From assembly GCA_037447605.1 (NCBI GenBank), contig CM074804.1, positions 7,851,909-7,915,908 of the forward strand: DNA of 64,000 nucleotides, read 5' to 3'. Below the pieces are notes generated by a model, which was given only the letters and a program-made list of their open reading frames with translations, ran no database searches and was not told where the DNA came from. The position numbers were made by a program, and so were the translations under genes. This stretch comes from Zygnema circumcarinatum SAG 698-1b. Its lineage: Eukaryota; Plantae; Zygnematophyceae. This document shows, one piece after another, positions 1 to 12,630 of this stretch. Position 1 is the first letter of the stretch. Each line of letters begins with the position of its first letter.

Positions 1-252
1 TTCTGATTAGTGGAATGAGTGGCCTGGTTCATATTGTCCGCTCTCTCGCATAGGCTGATCGTAAGTTGAGTTCTGTGCATTGGCTGCTATCGTGTAGCAT
101 GTGGCATGTGTGGATGATGAGAGATCATAGTGCAGCTGCATCCTCATGAATAGTTGGTCGGGGGAGGGGCTGAATGAGTCTATTTGAATTCATGCAATTG
201 AATGCCCATTTTTTTTAGCTGATTGAGATACAAGTGGAATGAATGTGAATAG

Positions 253-3200
253 CTGTCGGAGCTTGTAAACGTGGAGAATTACGGCGACTGGGTTCGACTT
301 GTAGCTGAATTCACCATTCAATCACTTCAGTCATGGCAGGTGAGCGGAGCTATCCACTGTGTAGCGAGAGTCTAGTCGGAGGAGCATTTTGTCCAGCAAT
401 TGTCAATTGTTTCCGTTTTCTTCTCCATGTTGAGGACCTCTCCTTTGTTGGTATCAAGGTTAATGTGGGCCAGTCAGACTGGAGCACCACGATTATGTTT
501 GCAATCACAATGTTTAGCTAGGTGCAATATTGAAAACAGGGCCTTGCCAGCAACATTCATTTCCCAACGAGGAGCTTGCCAAGGAACTTAGTTGTACTAT
601 CGTAAGGAGCTTTAGGGGCTTTAGTGACTTTAGAGGCTCATTAGAGGCTTTGTATGCAACGACAACGAAGCCAAGCTGGGAACGTTGAGCTGTTGCTCTA
701 GAGTTCTGAAGTGCTGTGGTGGTTATACGTAAATTCCAGCTTAATGCCACCTTGGAGTTCTCTTATGTCTACCAAGAGCTACGAATGGTTTTCTATTCGT
801 TTAAAAATGGGGAAGATGCCTGAGAGGTGAAAGTTTTGTGGGTCGTTGTGGATGGCTGCAGTGGGCAAGCGGCAGTGTTTACTACCTGCTTGGGCTATGG
901 TCCAGGCTTGTCTCGTCCATGCCGTATCTGAAGAGTGACTCGCCGAGCCTTTTGGAAAGTTATGTGCCTAAAATCACAGAAGCGTACATTACCTCAAGGC
1001 TAGACTCTGTACAGGTATACATTCGACGTCTTTGACGTTTCCTGTGGATGCTTCTAAATATCTTGATTGTGAGTTTGGCTGTGCATGTTGTTTGACCGAA
1101 GCAACCGGTTAGCCTGCTCCAACTCTGTCGTGTAACATGGGGTCTTTCCTTAGTCAGCCTTGTATATCTCTCAAGTGCTGTAGCTTCCCCGTGCGGATGA
1201 TGTTTTGGACTCCATTCGCATGCTTTATTTTGCTAGAAATCAACCCAATCCAATGTATGGTGCGTTCAAACCTTACGAAGATTTAGACTTCTTGTTTCTG
1301 CAGGCTGTGCTTCAAAACAACATCCCTGAAGATCCTTTGGACAATGAGGAGCAACTGCAAGACCAACTAGACAGTCTACCATATCTGTGCCGGTTTCAGG
1401 CAAGCAATTTTGGCCAAATCCTATATTTATCTCCTTCGGTGAATGTGAAGCCAACACATGGCAGCTGTAAATGCAGCTTAATGTGGGCATCGTCGTCTGA
1501 GGTCATTCCAATAGTTTGTGATGACTTCTGTGATGGAGGAGGCTTTTTTGTTTCATTCGTTGACCACAAAGAAATGCTTGTGGCCATTGGCAAAGCCTCG
1601 ATTGCTATCAGAGTCGTCTCCTATGATTCGTCGAATGGAGGCAATTTCCTGTGATTTGTACTTTCATGATTGTAATGCTTATGCAATTTTTCATGTAAGA
1701 TTTTTTTTCCGTTAGATTGCCAACATTCGTTCGCCTTCACTGTTTTTGCAGTATGAGAAAACAAGCAAGTACATTATCGCCCTCCTGGAGCCCGTTTTAC
1801 AAGCTTTCACTGTAAGTTTCAACTCTTGCCATTTCTTCGAAGTTACTGTGGAAGGTAGGTCAGTTACTGTTGTGGAACTGAGGTTGCGGAAGACCGCGAG
1901 ATCTACCTTGACCTATACATTTTTGTCGTTTCATGCATGTGTCTGGAACACAGTCCTTTCTTCTAAACTTCTTACATTTCTACGTTTCTCGTTCCTGTGT
2001 TGTATGTGCCGTGAAGCACCGCCACTTATAGTCAAGGTTTAGTTCGTATACAAAAAAATGCTTGACTCGTGCAAGCACTGTTGCAACAAGTATTCTGATT
2101 TGTTCAGAACATACGAGGATTTTAGACTTGTGCATTAATGCTTTCCTCATGTTTCCCCTCCTTGCAGGAAGCAGCCAGAATACAGCCGGGACCTGACAGC
2201 AACACCGTACAGGTCATGGAAGGACAGCTGACGTGGCTGGTCCACATTATTGGCGCCATTGTGAGAGGCAGGCTCAGCTCAAGCAGGTTGTGACCACTCC
2301 GTGGTAGTAGTCCAAGATTTCTGTGAATGGCTTGCTGGTCTATATCAATTCACCAATTTGTGCTTCTTTCAGCTCGTGGCTGCTTAAGTGGAAGTAACTT
2401 CATAAGCTGGCTTTCAGTTTCTTCTAATCACATTTTCAGAAGCTCATAACAATTTGCTGCATTGTTCTTTGCAGTGCAGAGTCCCAGGAAGTAATTGATG
2501 GTGAGCTGGCTGCTCGTGTCTTTCAGCTTATCCAGGTCACAGACACAGGATCCCACTGCCAGGTAGGATGCAGGCAAGTGCCAGTTTAACAGCCCTTCTT
2601 GCTTCTTGATCCTTCTTGAAATGTATAAACTTAACTCATTTTGAAGTTCTAAGCGCTTGCTATAAGCCACTGCTGAGTCTGCTGCAATGGTACAATTCAA
2701 TGCTCTATATATCTCTATATATCTCTATATATGCTGCTTACAATGCTCTTCTAAGGCCATCTCAGCTTTATCGATTGACTGGTTTAGCATAGTAGGTATT
2801 GGATATGAATAACTTCCAGTTTCTTTTTCCAAACACTTCTATGGCTGTCTCTAAATTGTGGACTAATTGACTGGTATGCAGCGGTATCATCACCGAAGCA
2901 AACAACGCCTTGACCTTGCGATCCTGTCATTTTTCCAAAACTTCAGGCGAGTCTATGTGGGAGATCAAGCCATGCATTCGTCAAAGGTGAGAGTATCATT
3001 AGTACCAAGTGTTGAATTGATGTCGTACCATTAGCTAGTGTGTAATTCGATTGCTATGCAAGACATATTTACTTTCCTGGTGGGCAATGTATGTAATCGT
3101 TTTTCTGATGGCAGTTTGTGGGTGCACTTGTGGTAAGTCTCACGTCCTGCTTGGAGACATTTTGAGCTTGTTGTTTGATGCTATTCGTCTACTGAATGTC

Positions 3201-6200
3201 TGCTACATGTTTTTCCTGTCACTTGCCGGGACAGTCGCTATATACTCGGCTGACCGAACTGCTCGGTTTGCAAGATCACCTTATGGTACTTAATGTGACG
3301 ATCAGGAAGATTGCAACCAACCTGAAGTGCTACACGCAGGTATGCATGCAGTTTATTGGTTTCATGGAGAGTGGGTCAACGCGATTGTAACATTTAAGCT
3401 AACTTGATACTGGAATCCAGCAATTAAACCTCCTTCAATGCGGGTTTTCCCAAATGGTTTTTGGTCGTAGATGTCAAATGTCCGTGCATTTGCCTTCTGA
3501 CCAATTGCATTGGTAACTTGAGACACCCGTTTGTAGCTGAAAAGGAGTCAGTCCAATGTTCTGGGTCTTGTTGTCAATGTTACGCTCACTTCCCAACCCA
3601 ATCTTTGAATTGCTGAAGAGTTGTATCCAACATTCTCATTGATGAACCGCCATGCTCACGCTATTTGTGAATAATCGTCAAATTGTAGCCTGAAGCTGAA
3701 GCAGGCGGCGGTGGCCTTTTTTATAGGCACCATTGTAGGCATATAAAGGAATGGGCCAAGAGAAGCTGTCATTATATTGTCTCCATTGTTGGAGATGGTG
3801 TTGACTGATATCGTTTTTGTACATAACTGTACCATGTGAGTTGATGTCTTGACTGTGGGTTTTTGTCTAGTGCTGTGCAGTGCGAGGAAGTAATTGAGCA
3901 GACGCTTAACCTTTTTCAGGAACTCGCAGCAGGGTAAGCTGAAGAACTGGGCCTTTTCTGGCAACCTCCCAGCTTCAGATTGTGGCTTCGCTTTGTTGTT
4001 TCAGGTGTAGTGTTTGAGGTGTAGACTGTTTTGCTTGCCTTCTCACGAAGGGGACACTTTGTGTGCCATTTGGGTGATTCAGGTACATGAGCGGCAAGCT
4101 ACTTTTGAAATTAGATGCTGTCAATTTCATATTAGGAAACCACACGGTATGCTTTCGATGTTCCTTTGGCTCCAGACTTCTTTTTGTCAGCTCTGATGTT
4201 GACGACGGACACTTTTCTTATGGCTTAGAAGTGAATGATGCCTAGGTTGTTTTCTCATACTTGCATCGATAGGCTCAAACGGAATCATTGGTTATGGAAA
4301 AAATTGATTTTGGCCCTCAATGAACCATCCAAGGCGGAAGAACAGAATAAGTATGGTCGCTTTCTGTAGCTGTTTCCCAAATACTTGATTGGAGGTTTCT
4401 ATCTGCATAGCTCCGGGTTCTTTGTATAAGCGAATTGTGTATGACCAGTGGCTTATTGAACACAGCCGGGGAACAAAACGAACAAATTGTATTGATTTCC
4501 TTGTTGTATACAAAACGTTAACGGGTGCTTCTGTTCTGTGAAATGTTACAGCGAGAACATTTTCCGTTTTTGGATGAATATAGTAGCTCCCGAAATCGGA
4601 CTATTTTTTACTTCACGCTGGGTAGATTACTTTTCATGGAAGACAGTCCGGCAAAGTTTAAGGCCTTCATTGCCCCCTTACAACAAGTGAGCCCTCCCAT
4701 TTTTGCAGGATTTTTTTTTGTGCTCACATAAATTACTGTGGTGCTAGGCAGAAGGATACTGAGATCCATGGATACTGGATGATTCCCTTCAAAAATGTGA
4801 ACAGGTCGTTAAATTTTTAAATTTTATCTCCCGTTATTGATGTAGTGACAGTTGAGGAATGGATTAATGGATTATTTTCTGTCCTGATCTGTTCTGTTCT
4901 GTGTCGTTCTGATTATTATTACTGGCACAACATATCATCTTTCTTCTTTCACTATGACTTGCAGAAATGGCTAGAGTCTCCTGTTGTGATTGTAACCCGA
5001 GTTCAAAATGCCATATTGCAGGTCTTAGTTAATTTGGAGGCAACCCCAGCTGTTTCATTCAGGTCAGACTTAGTGAAATTCGCAATTATCGGCCTCATGC
5101 GGGACTTACGGGGTATTGCAATGGCCACCAACAGGTAAGCAAAACTCTCGAACTTGTTTTTCCTTTGTAGCGAACCAGGGCATGCTGTGCTTGCATGTAC
5201 ATCTACGTTCTTCGCATCCACGTTTGTCCATTTAGGACTTGGACCTATTACAATTGAGCCAAAAGCATTCTGTATCTATTCACACAGTAAAGTAGAACGT
5301 ATACCCATGAAAGTTGTTGGACCTTCTCCCTGCAAATCCCGGAGCAGTTCATAGTTAGGACATGGCTTATGAAATAGACCATATTCTATATGTTTTCCAA
5401 ATCGCACCTACTCCTTTTAGTTAGCGACTCTATTTCGTCGTAAAGATCCTCTGCCCCTCTTCGACTTGGACAAGTTCTTGAAGAGGCAGCAAAGTCTCTC
5501 TTGCTCCGTATATTAGTTGTTGAATCAGTGTGATTATCCTAATGAGCAGAGAGTCTGTTATCACGGCCCTGCACGTTGGTTGTACTCTTATCCACTGCAA
5601 TTGCGTGGATTTTGACAGCCGAAGAACGTACGGTCTTCTGTTTGAATGGCTGTACCCTGCACACACGCCTTTACTACTGCGGGCCGTGGAAACCTGGACT
5701 GACACACCGGAGGTAATTCTACATGACAGAAGCTCTCTCTCTCTCTTCCCCCCCCCCCCCCCNNNNNNNNNNCTCTCTCTTCCCCCCCCCCCCCCCCTTC
5801 TCTCTTCTTGAGTTCCTTGCTTGGCTAGGGAGTACGCATGTGCTAAGTTGACAAAAACTAGACCTTTTGGTAGAGGTTTCATTTGGAGGATTGTTGGTTG
5901 GTGAGAGATTAAAGGACTATTTTTTGTCGAACAAAAAGCAGTTTTCCAGTTTTAGGAGTTCGTTTAAGCGCATTCCTTTGTTTTTTAACTTTAGGAAGGT
6001 TATATTTCCGTGCCGATTCTTGCCATGGTGCTGCTGCTTTGCTGTGTACTCCCTACTGTATACTGCACATCCATGCTTCATGTGTCTAGCATGAATGTAT
6101 GTGTCTCGCTCACAGCGACTTAAATGGAGTCGTTCGGTCCCTTATGTTGTGTAAATTCGTGTCACTACACCTATGAACAAACGAGTTTTATGCAACATTG

Positions 6201-9171
6201 TTCTTCCTCAGTGATCAGTACCTTCGGACAAGCTAACTTCGGAACCTTGTCTCTCTATTGCTTGAGATTTCTTCTGCAGGTCACCACCCCTTTGTTGAAG
6301 TTCATGGCAGAGTTTGTGGTCAACAAGACACAAAGACTAACCTTCGATTCCTCTTCCCCCAACGGCATCCTTCTTTTTAGAGAAGTGAGCAAACTGATCG
6401 TGGCCTATGGCTCACGAGTTCTACAGCTTCCAGCAACTTCAGACCCTTACACGTACAAGTACAAGGGCATTTGGATTGCGCTAACCATTCTTACCAGAGG
6501 TGAATAGCATCCCTCTTTACTGCCCGTCTCGTGGAAGTTTAAGTTGCCTTCATAGTGAAGTTCATTTACCAGTATTTTGTTGCCTTCAATGCTGACGCTT
6601 GGTCTATTCTATATGCTAGTAGGTCAAATGGGGCTCCTTCAAATTTTGTATACTCCGTCTCAATGAATGCACGTAGTGTGTGTGCTTCGATGGCTGTCCG
6701 TTCGTGGCTGGTTGCAAAGAGGAGATGCATATCAACTTCCATATATCAGCCCACTTGCTCGTGTGTGAAGATTACTATGATTGAAAACTCCAGTTGTTCA
6801 TTGACCTTTGTTGAATCGAAAAAGTGCTCCTGTGCCTCATTTGCCACTTGCAAACTAGTGTCACGTGTCCCGCAGCATACGCCCGAGAGAAAGACATAAT
6901 CTGAGGGAACCGATCTGTTGTCTTGCAGCTCTTGCGGGAAATTATGTCAATTTTGGAGTTTTTGAGTTATATGGAGATCGAGCTCTATCGGACTCACTTG
7001 ATGTTGGGCTCAAGATGTCTCTTGCAATACCTTTGTCTGACATAATGGCATTTCGGAAGGTATTTTCTTCCTTCCCTTTCACCCCATCCTCCTCCATTGT
7101 TCGTGTCATTCTACAGCATGGTAGACATGTGCACTTATTGCAAGTTTGCCGAGAAGTGATGCTGACTTAAAATAGTAATTTTTGTATTGTGTTGGATGAT
7201 CTCCAGTCGTTTTGAGCCCTTAAAGATTAAAAAAAACTCCGCAGACAGCATGTTTGCAGTACATTGCCGTTGGGGCTGCTTCGCTGCAGGAGAGCAGAGA
7301 AAAATCATTGTTGTTCTACAGTTTCAAAGCTTGATTGAGCTTTTGAGAATGCATTCATCTGGATTCGTGCCTTTACTAGGTGTAGAATGTGTTTTTCTGA
7401 TTGGCTGCCTACGTTCGCAGCTTGCAAGGGCATACTTCGCCTTATTGGAGGTCCTGTGCCACAATCATACAACAGTCGTTGTGAACTTGGACACGTCTAC
7501 ATTCAGCCACATAGTCGGGTCGTTGGAGACTGGTCTCAAATGCCTCGATGTCAGCATATCCTCGCAGGTACTATGCCTTTCTGTCCCCATGGCTCTCACT
7601 ACTGCTGATATTTCCACCTTAGAGCTGCTGCCCTATATCCAACAGCAGATAAGCATTTCCACCTTAGAGCGAGTCTGTCGTGGTTCTAAACACAACTCTC
7701 TTTGTGTGGTTTTTCAAGTTTGGCTTCTGACTTCAATATGCAGCACTTTCTGACACTTCTAGCTTCGTCTATGTATCAGAGGTCTGTTACAGAACACTCC
7801 TTAGATTTAATCGAATACTGTCGCGAACACTCTCTATGTCTGAGCAGCTGATGAAGCAGGATTCAACACACCAACCACCATTTTGATTCGTATCAAACGC
7901 CGCTTGCTCTTTCACTTAAGAAGTCTGTGGCTACTGTTTGCTTGATATCATATTTCCTTCTCGTGTGAAACAGTGTGCCGCGGCTGTGGATAATTTGGCT
8001 GCTTTCTACTTCAACCATATCACATGTGGAGAAGCTCCTACTTCCCCAGCACCTTTCAACATGGCAAAGCACATTGCAAAATGCCCCACCCTCCTTGCGG
8101 AGGTCAGTTTGCTTCTTCAACTCGTCGTCCTTAAATAGAAACTGCTGGAAGCCCTTCAAACATCCCTTGGCCTTCCATTTCCTTGCCGCATCTGTCTAAT
8201 TATTCGTAACGCTTTCTCTCAGTCCAAAATCGTCCACATGGATGCTTTGGAGGGTTTTAGCCGCACGGCCTTAGTTCAGAGTCTACAGGATAAATCTAAG
8301 ATCGCTCTCTCGAGCAGTCGGTCCCTTTTAGGCTTTCCAATTTGTCTCAGAAGGAGAGTAGAAATATGGCCGAGCCGTAGTTGAGCATTTTTGTGACCTT
8401 TTTTGTCCTGTTTGTTCGCTTGTTGCAGATTTTGAAGTCACTTTTTGAAATTGTGTTGTTTGAGGATTGCGCCAACCAGTGGAGTTTGAGCCGGCCTATG
8501 CTCAGCCTCATCTTGATCAATGAGCAGGTGGGCTACTGTCACGGTCAGATTCGCATCAATTGCTCACTTCAGTATGATGAAGGAGTCTGTGACTTAACTT
8601 TCGAGTTCTGCTTGCGCGGTGTGCTTTGTGCACTTAGTACTGAGTGTTGTGCGCAGGTAGGGTGTGACCACATGTCACATTGTAGACGCATCTTTTCACT
8701 CACTGCCTCCCACTTGTATACAGCCCTCTCAGTGATTGTGCCTTTGTTGATTTTCTCTCCTGTTGGCGTCTCTCTAATGGCTCTTGTCCTCTTCTGTACG
8801 CAGCATTTTAATGAACTCAAGTTGCAGATCCTCACTTCTCAGGTTTGCTGCTCGCCCTATGCTGCCAGGGGGCGCCTGTTCCGTCACAATGTGCTCGCTT
8901 TTGCTTTCATGTTTACAAGCTGCTTAAAGTTTGATAGTCTCCTTGCTTGACTGTAGTGGAGGGAGAGGGAGAGGGAGAGGGAGGTGTTTTAACTCCATCC
9001 AGCCACTGACACGCTCAACAAAAACTGGTGCAGCCGGCGGATCAGAGGGAGCGATTGGCGGGGTGCTTTGACAAGCTCATGACGGACGTGTCGCGGACGT
9101 TGGAACCCAAGAATCGCGACAAGTTCACGCAGAACCTCACCGTGTTCCGGCACGACTTCCGAGCTAAGTAG
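253..9171 (+). CDS. XPO7: Exportin-7 / RanBP16-17 family nuclear export receptor; the 5' end lies upstream of the window; 20 exons here
   Basis: Spliced exons (approx.): 253-339, 862-1014, 1304-1399, 1752-1811, 2168-2286, 2475-2562, 2882-2986, 3235-3339, 3881-3933, 4083-4146, 4552-4686, 5022-5134, 5619-5712, 6280-6499, 6929-7059, 7421-7567, 7974-8102, 8429-8527, 8804-8842, 9034-9171 (TAG). They join in frame. Motifs typical of XPO7: SLQSWQWASGSVYYLLGLWSRL, YVGDQAMHSSK, GLMRDLRGIA, FDSSSPNGILLFRE, GNYVNFGVFELYGD, NQWSLSRPMLSLIL, KNRDKFTQNL. Confidence 0.95.
5763..5772. other. Assembly gap (10 N) between poly-C and CT microsatellite in an XPO7 intron
   Basis: Run of N seen directly. Confidence 0.99.
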
Positions 9172-9499
9172 TAGAATGACACTGTAGGGCAATTGTAGAC
9201 ATGAGATATTCTCACCTTAGGAGAGGGAGGTGGAGAGGGTTCACGGAGGTGGTTTCTGCTGTCACGGTGGAAGGTCTGTCCATGAAAAGTAATCGATCGG
9301 TGCTTTTGGCCTCATTTTTGTTTCTAGACGTCGCAGTTTCTCGTCCGCTTTGCCGCCAGTTGCCACATGTACCACTTCTCAGCTCTTTTTCGTCTTTCCT
9401 CGGCGGCCACCCCTTGACCGTGCAGGCACTCACTCCTGCCCCATGGTGATGGACAGCTAAATAATGGACTCCTGTCCAATAATGGACAGCCTTCAGGAT

Positions 9500-9780
9500 C
9501 CCTATCCCTAATCCTAACCCTACCCCCAATTTTATCCCTAACCTAGATTCTAACCCTATCCTTAATTCTAACCCTAGCCCTAATCCTAAACCTAGCCGGG
9601 ATTCTAACCCTACCCACCCTGGCCCTCAGCCTAACCCTAACCCTAGCCCTAATTCTAAACCTATGCACCCTAACCCTAATTGTAACCCTTGCCCTGTCTT
9701 TAACCCTAGCCACCCTAACCCTAAAATCCTAACCCTAGCCCTCATTCTTACCCTAGCCCTATCCCTGATCCTGACCCTAA
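9500..9780. repeat. Degenerate interstitial telomere-like (CCCTAA)n hexamer array
   Basis: About 280 bp of ccctaa/ccctag/tcctaa/ttctaa variants with 6-bp periodicity, downstream of the XPO7 stop. Confidence 0.85.
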
Positions 9781-10914
9781 ATGTGAGACTGCAATACATG
9801 AAACGTGTGGGTCTGCCTCCATACAATGCGTGTGTGCCACTCGCTCGTAAATTCCTTTCACTTCTTTTTAGGTGGAGCCTGTTCTACGGGGAACATAATG
9901 CTCCTACAATGGTTCATCGGCGTTTTTCCGTTTCATGCTAATTGGAGCTTTGGGCACTCTGGCCATTTCTGTCGTGGTGGTGGTTCTTCAGTTAAACGCG
10001 TCATTGATTTAATCATTGATTTTTTTCAACCCACAGAAAGGGTGTTCAGGATTTTCAATCCGCAGGAAACTGGCGGGCATTACACTATGCTCGACGTGTG
10101 CAAAAAAATGCCCATCGCCCACTACTGAACATGCGTGCCTGGTCCTGCACTGAGCCAGGACAGGAAAACACAGCGTGATAGAAAGCATCTACTCAAGGCT
10201 TACCGGCCAACTCGGTGGGCCGTTGCCATGCTGAAGTTAGCAATGACTAATAACTAAAACAACATTCAAGAAAATAAAACATTAGTAATCAAATAAAATA
10301 TCTTCTTTACCTTCGTCTGTGCGCCTTCTTAGATGATCAGTTAAGGCGGCATTGCACAGAGAACAAGCTCATTTTGAAAGAATTGCAATCTGCTCAGTTG
10401 AACAGAAAGAAATGCGACTCAGATAGACAACACTAAGCATGCGTGTTTCGCTGAATCTGTTTCGTGCGCTTCCTGAGGGCCCCAATCAGAGAGGACATGT
10501 CAATCAGAGAGGACATGTCAACCACTTGCAGGTGCTCGTCGAACCATACGATTTCTTGTCGACCGAAAGATTGTTACAAAAGCCCTCTCGGTCTTTCAAG
10601 ACAACAAGCTACAGCTTCATATTTGTAAATAAAGATTCGAAAAGAGAATTACAACGTGAGTCAACTTTCGACTTTCCCATCATCTTCAGAGCCTTTGGAA
10701 GATTGAAATTCTGGCCTCAACTTGCTCTAACATCTCGCAAACTTTCCTACATGTGACGTGAAGCTTCATTGACAGAAGAACCATATAGCCTAAAGGTCAC
10801 GTACTAAATCAATCATATACACAAGGAGCTGCTGGTATTCACAAGGATGGCTTATAAGTATCCATACAACTAATTAGTCGAACCAGAGCTACAGCATTCC
10901 GGAAAGGCGGGCAC

Positions 10915-11670
10915 TCATCTTACCACCCATTTCACGCACTTGTTAGGAAGGAATGGCGGATGTGGACAGAATAGCAAGGTATGTGGAGTTTCCTCCACCA
11001 GGAATAGAAGGCAGCCATCAATCATAACTCTGAGGTCCTGCAAGAGCGGACTTTGCTTCCTCCTTCGCCGCTCCTTCACTGTTCGCGAAGTGGGTCGGGC
11101 CCCAAACCATTGGCTGCACAAAGCCTTCAGACTCGGCGGTAGCACGGGCACTGCAAGGTGCAGGAGGTAGACGAGCAGAGTGTTCATCCGCTGCTTGACG
11201 CGCTGCCAATCCTCCACTCGCTTCTGATGCAATGCCACGTCTCTCCTCCTGGCTTCTGCCAGCACCTCTCCATGAGCCTCTGTGGCGCGCACAAAGTCCC
11301 GCCAACTTCTGCAAACCAACGCCATGTTTGCCAGAGGAAGCGACCGCGCTGCAGCTGCGGAAGACGACCACGCTGTCGCGGGGTCGCTGCTGTCACAGGC
11401 TGTGGCGCATTGAAGGACCTTGAGAGCCAGTTCATCTGGAAGGCCGGGAATAATCTGAGCATTCAAACATAACTGTCGAGATTTTTTCCACTTCTCTGTC
11501 CTTGACGGCCTGAAACGGGTCATCTCCTTCGACTTCTCAGTTCTTGAAGGCATGGACTCGGTCGACTCAATGGACTTCTCGGCTCTCGGGGGCCTGGGAC
11601 GGGTCATCTTCAGCAGAGAAAAGAGACCTCCGCCGGCTCCAACCAATCCCAGGAAAAGGAACGGAGACAT
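10915..11670 (-). CDS. Putative F-box-like protein, apparently single exon, ~251 aa
   Basis: Open frame 11682-10915 with first ATG at 11670. It contains IIPGLPDELALKVL...LANMALVCRSWRDFV, the two halves of the plant F-box consensus (LPDE..L..L and VCR.W). No C-terminal substrate-binding domain was recognised, and upstream exons cannot be excluded. Confidence 0.6.
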   Translation of the reverse strand: MSPFLFLGLVGAGGGLFSLLKMTRPRPPRAEKSIESTESMPSRTEKSKEMTRFRPSRTEKWKKSRQLCLNAQIIPGLPDELALKVLQCATACDSSDPATAWSSSAAAARSLPLANMALVCRSWRDFVRATEAHGEVLAEARRRDVALHQKRVEDWQRVKQRMNTLLVYLLHLAVPVLPPSLKALCSQWFGARPTSRTVKERRRRKQSPLLQDLRVMIDGCLLFLVEETPHTLLFCPHPPFLPNKCVKWVVR

Positions 11671-12630
11671 TAGGAAACGCAAACGAGGGCTCCAAAGAGG
11701 CCCGTTCCGTTATGAAATCTCCAATTTGAAGTCGACTGCACTCGGCCGACCAGGCAATCCAGCGCAAAGCGCACGACAATGGGAAAGTAGGGTTAGCGAA
11801 GCGTGGTGATACACGGTCAAGGAAAGAACCTGCACTGAGGTCTGAATGATTCCAAGCTTAGCAGAAGATGATAGTTGAGACAAACTCTTGGCATGTTTCA
11901 ATGTCGTTCAGACACCTCTGTCTCGAATCCCCCTGCATCAGAAACATAACAACTTCCTTCATAAACCGCCAATTTGTAATATGCGCTTGAGAATGCAACA
12001 GTATTCCCGAGAGATAAACACGTGAGATATAAACTCTTTTGAAAGGGCGACCTCGTTTGAATCCTTTATACAAACTGCAAAAGACTGCAAATTTCACACA
12101 CTCCTCTTCTCTCAAGCGGAGAGCCCCTGAAGATAAAAAGGAGGGCCGGCACTGAAGGGTCAAAGTTAGGAACTGGACGTTGATCTTGGGGTAAAAGCTT
12201 ATCAGATCAACAAATCTGACAATGCCGCCAGTGGAATCCCCATTTTCGCCTTTTGAAGTGTGTTGAAAGTCTCGTTGATCGTGATCCGCGTTTGAAGGTC
12301 CACCCAAAAAGGGCCCACTTTTGGATTCCTGGAGGACTTTCCCAGTGGATCCCACGGTAGAATCCGATCAACCTCGTGCCGACAGTGGAATCTTAGGTCA
12401 ACACTGAACAAGATATTTACGTGGACGTACAACATCGCTCGACACGTCACCTTTTTCCATTGTGAACTGTGGCCAGATATTGCAATAAGAATTCACTACG
12501 TGTACAATTGTACACACGTGGCGAGCCTCCATTGGGTAATGCTCGCCCATAGTCAAGTTTTCAATTGGGCTAATGATTATGCTCTGCTCAAATTTCTGTA
12601 CTGTGCTCTAAAGAATTTCTTTTTTTCTTG

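Noticed and set aside
9500-9780. True telomere or chromosome end
   Set aside because: The array is degenerate, short and flanked by genes on both sides.
9626-9941. ORFs with PNPNP / LGLGL / RVRVR repeats
   Set aside because: Translation of the telomere-like hexamer array.
10483-10518. Exact 18-bp tandem duplication CAATCAGAGAGGACATGT (similar small repeats at ~2703-2732 and ~7610/7654)
   Set aside because: Ordinary slippage duplications in non-coding DNA with no further structure.
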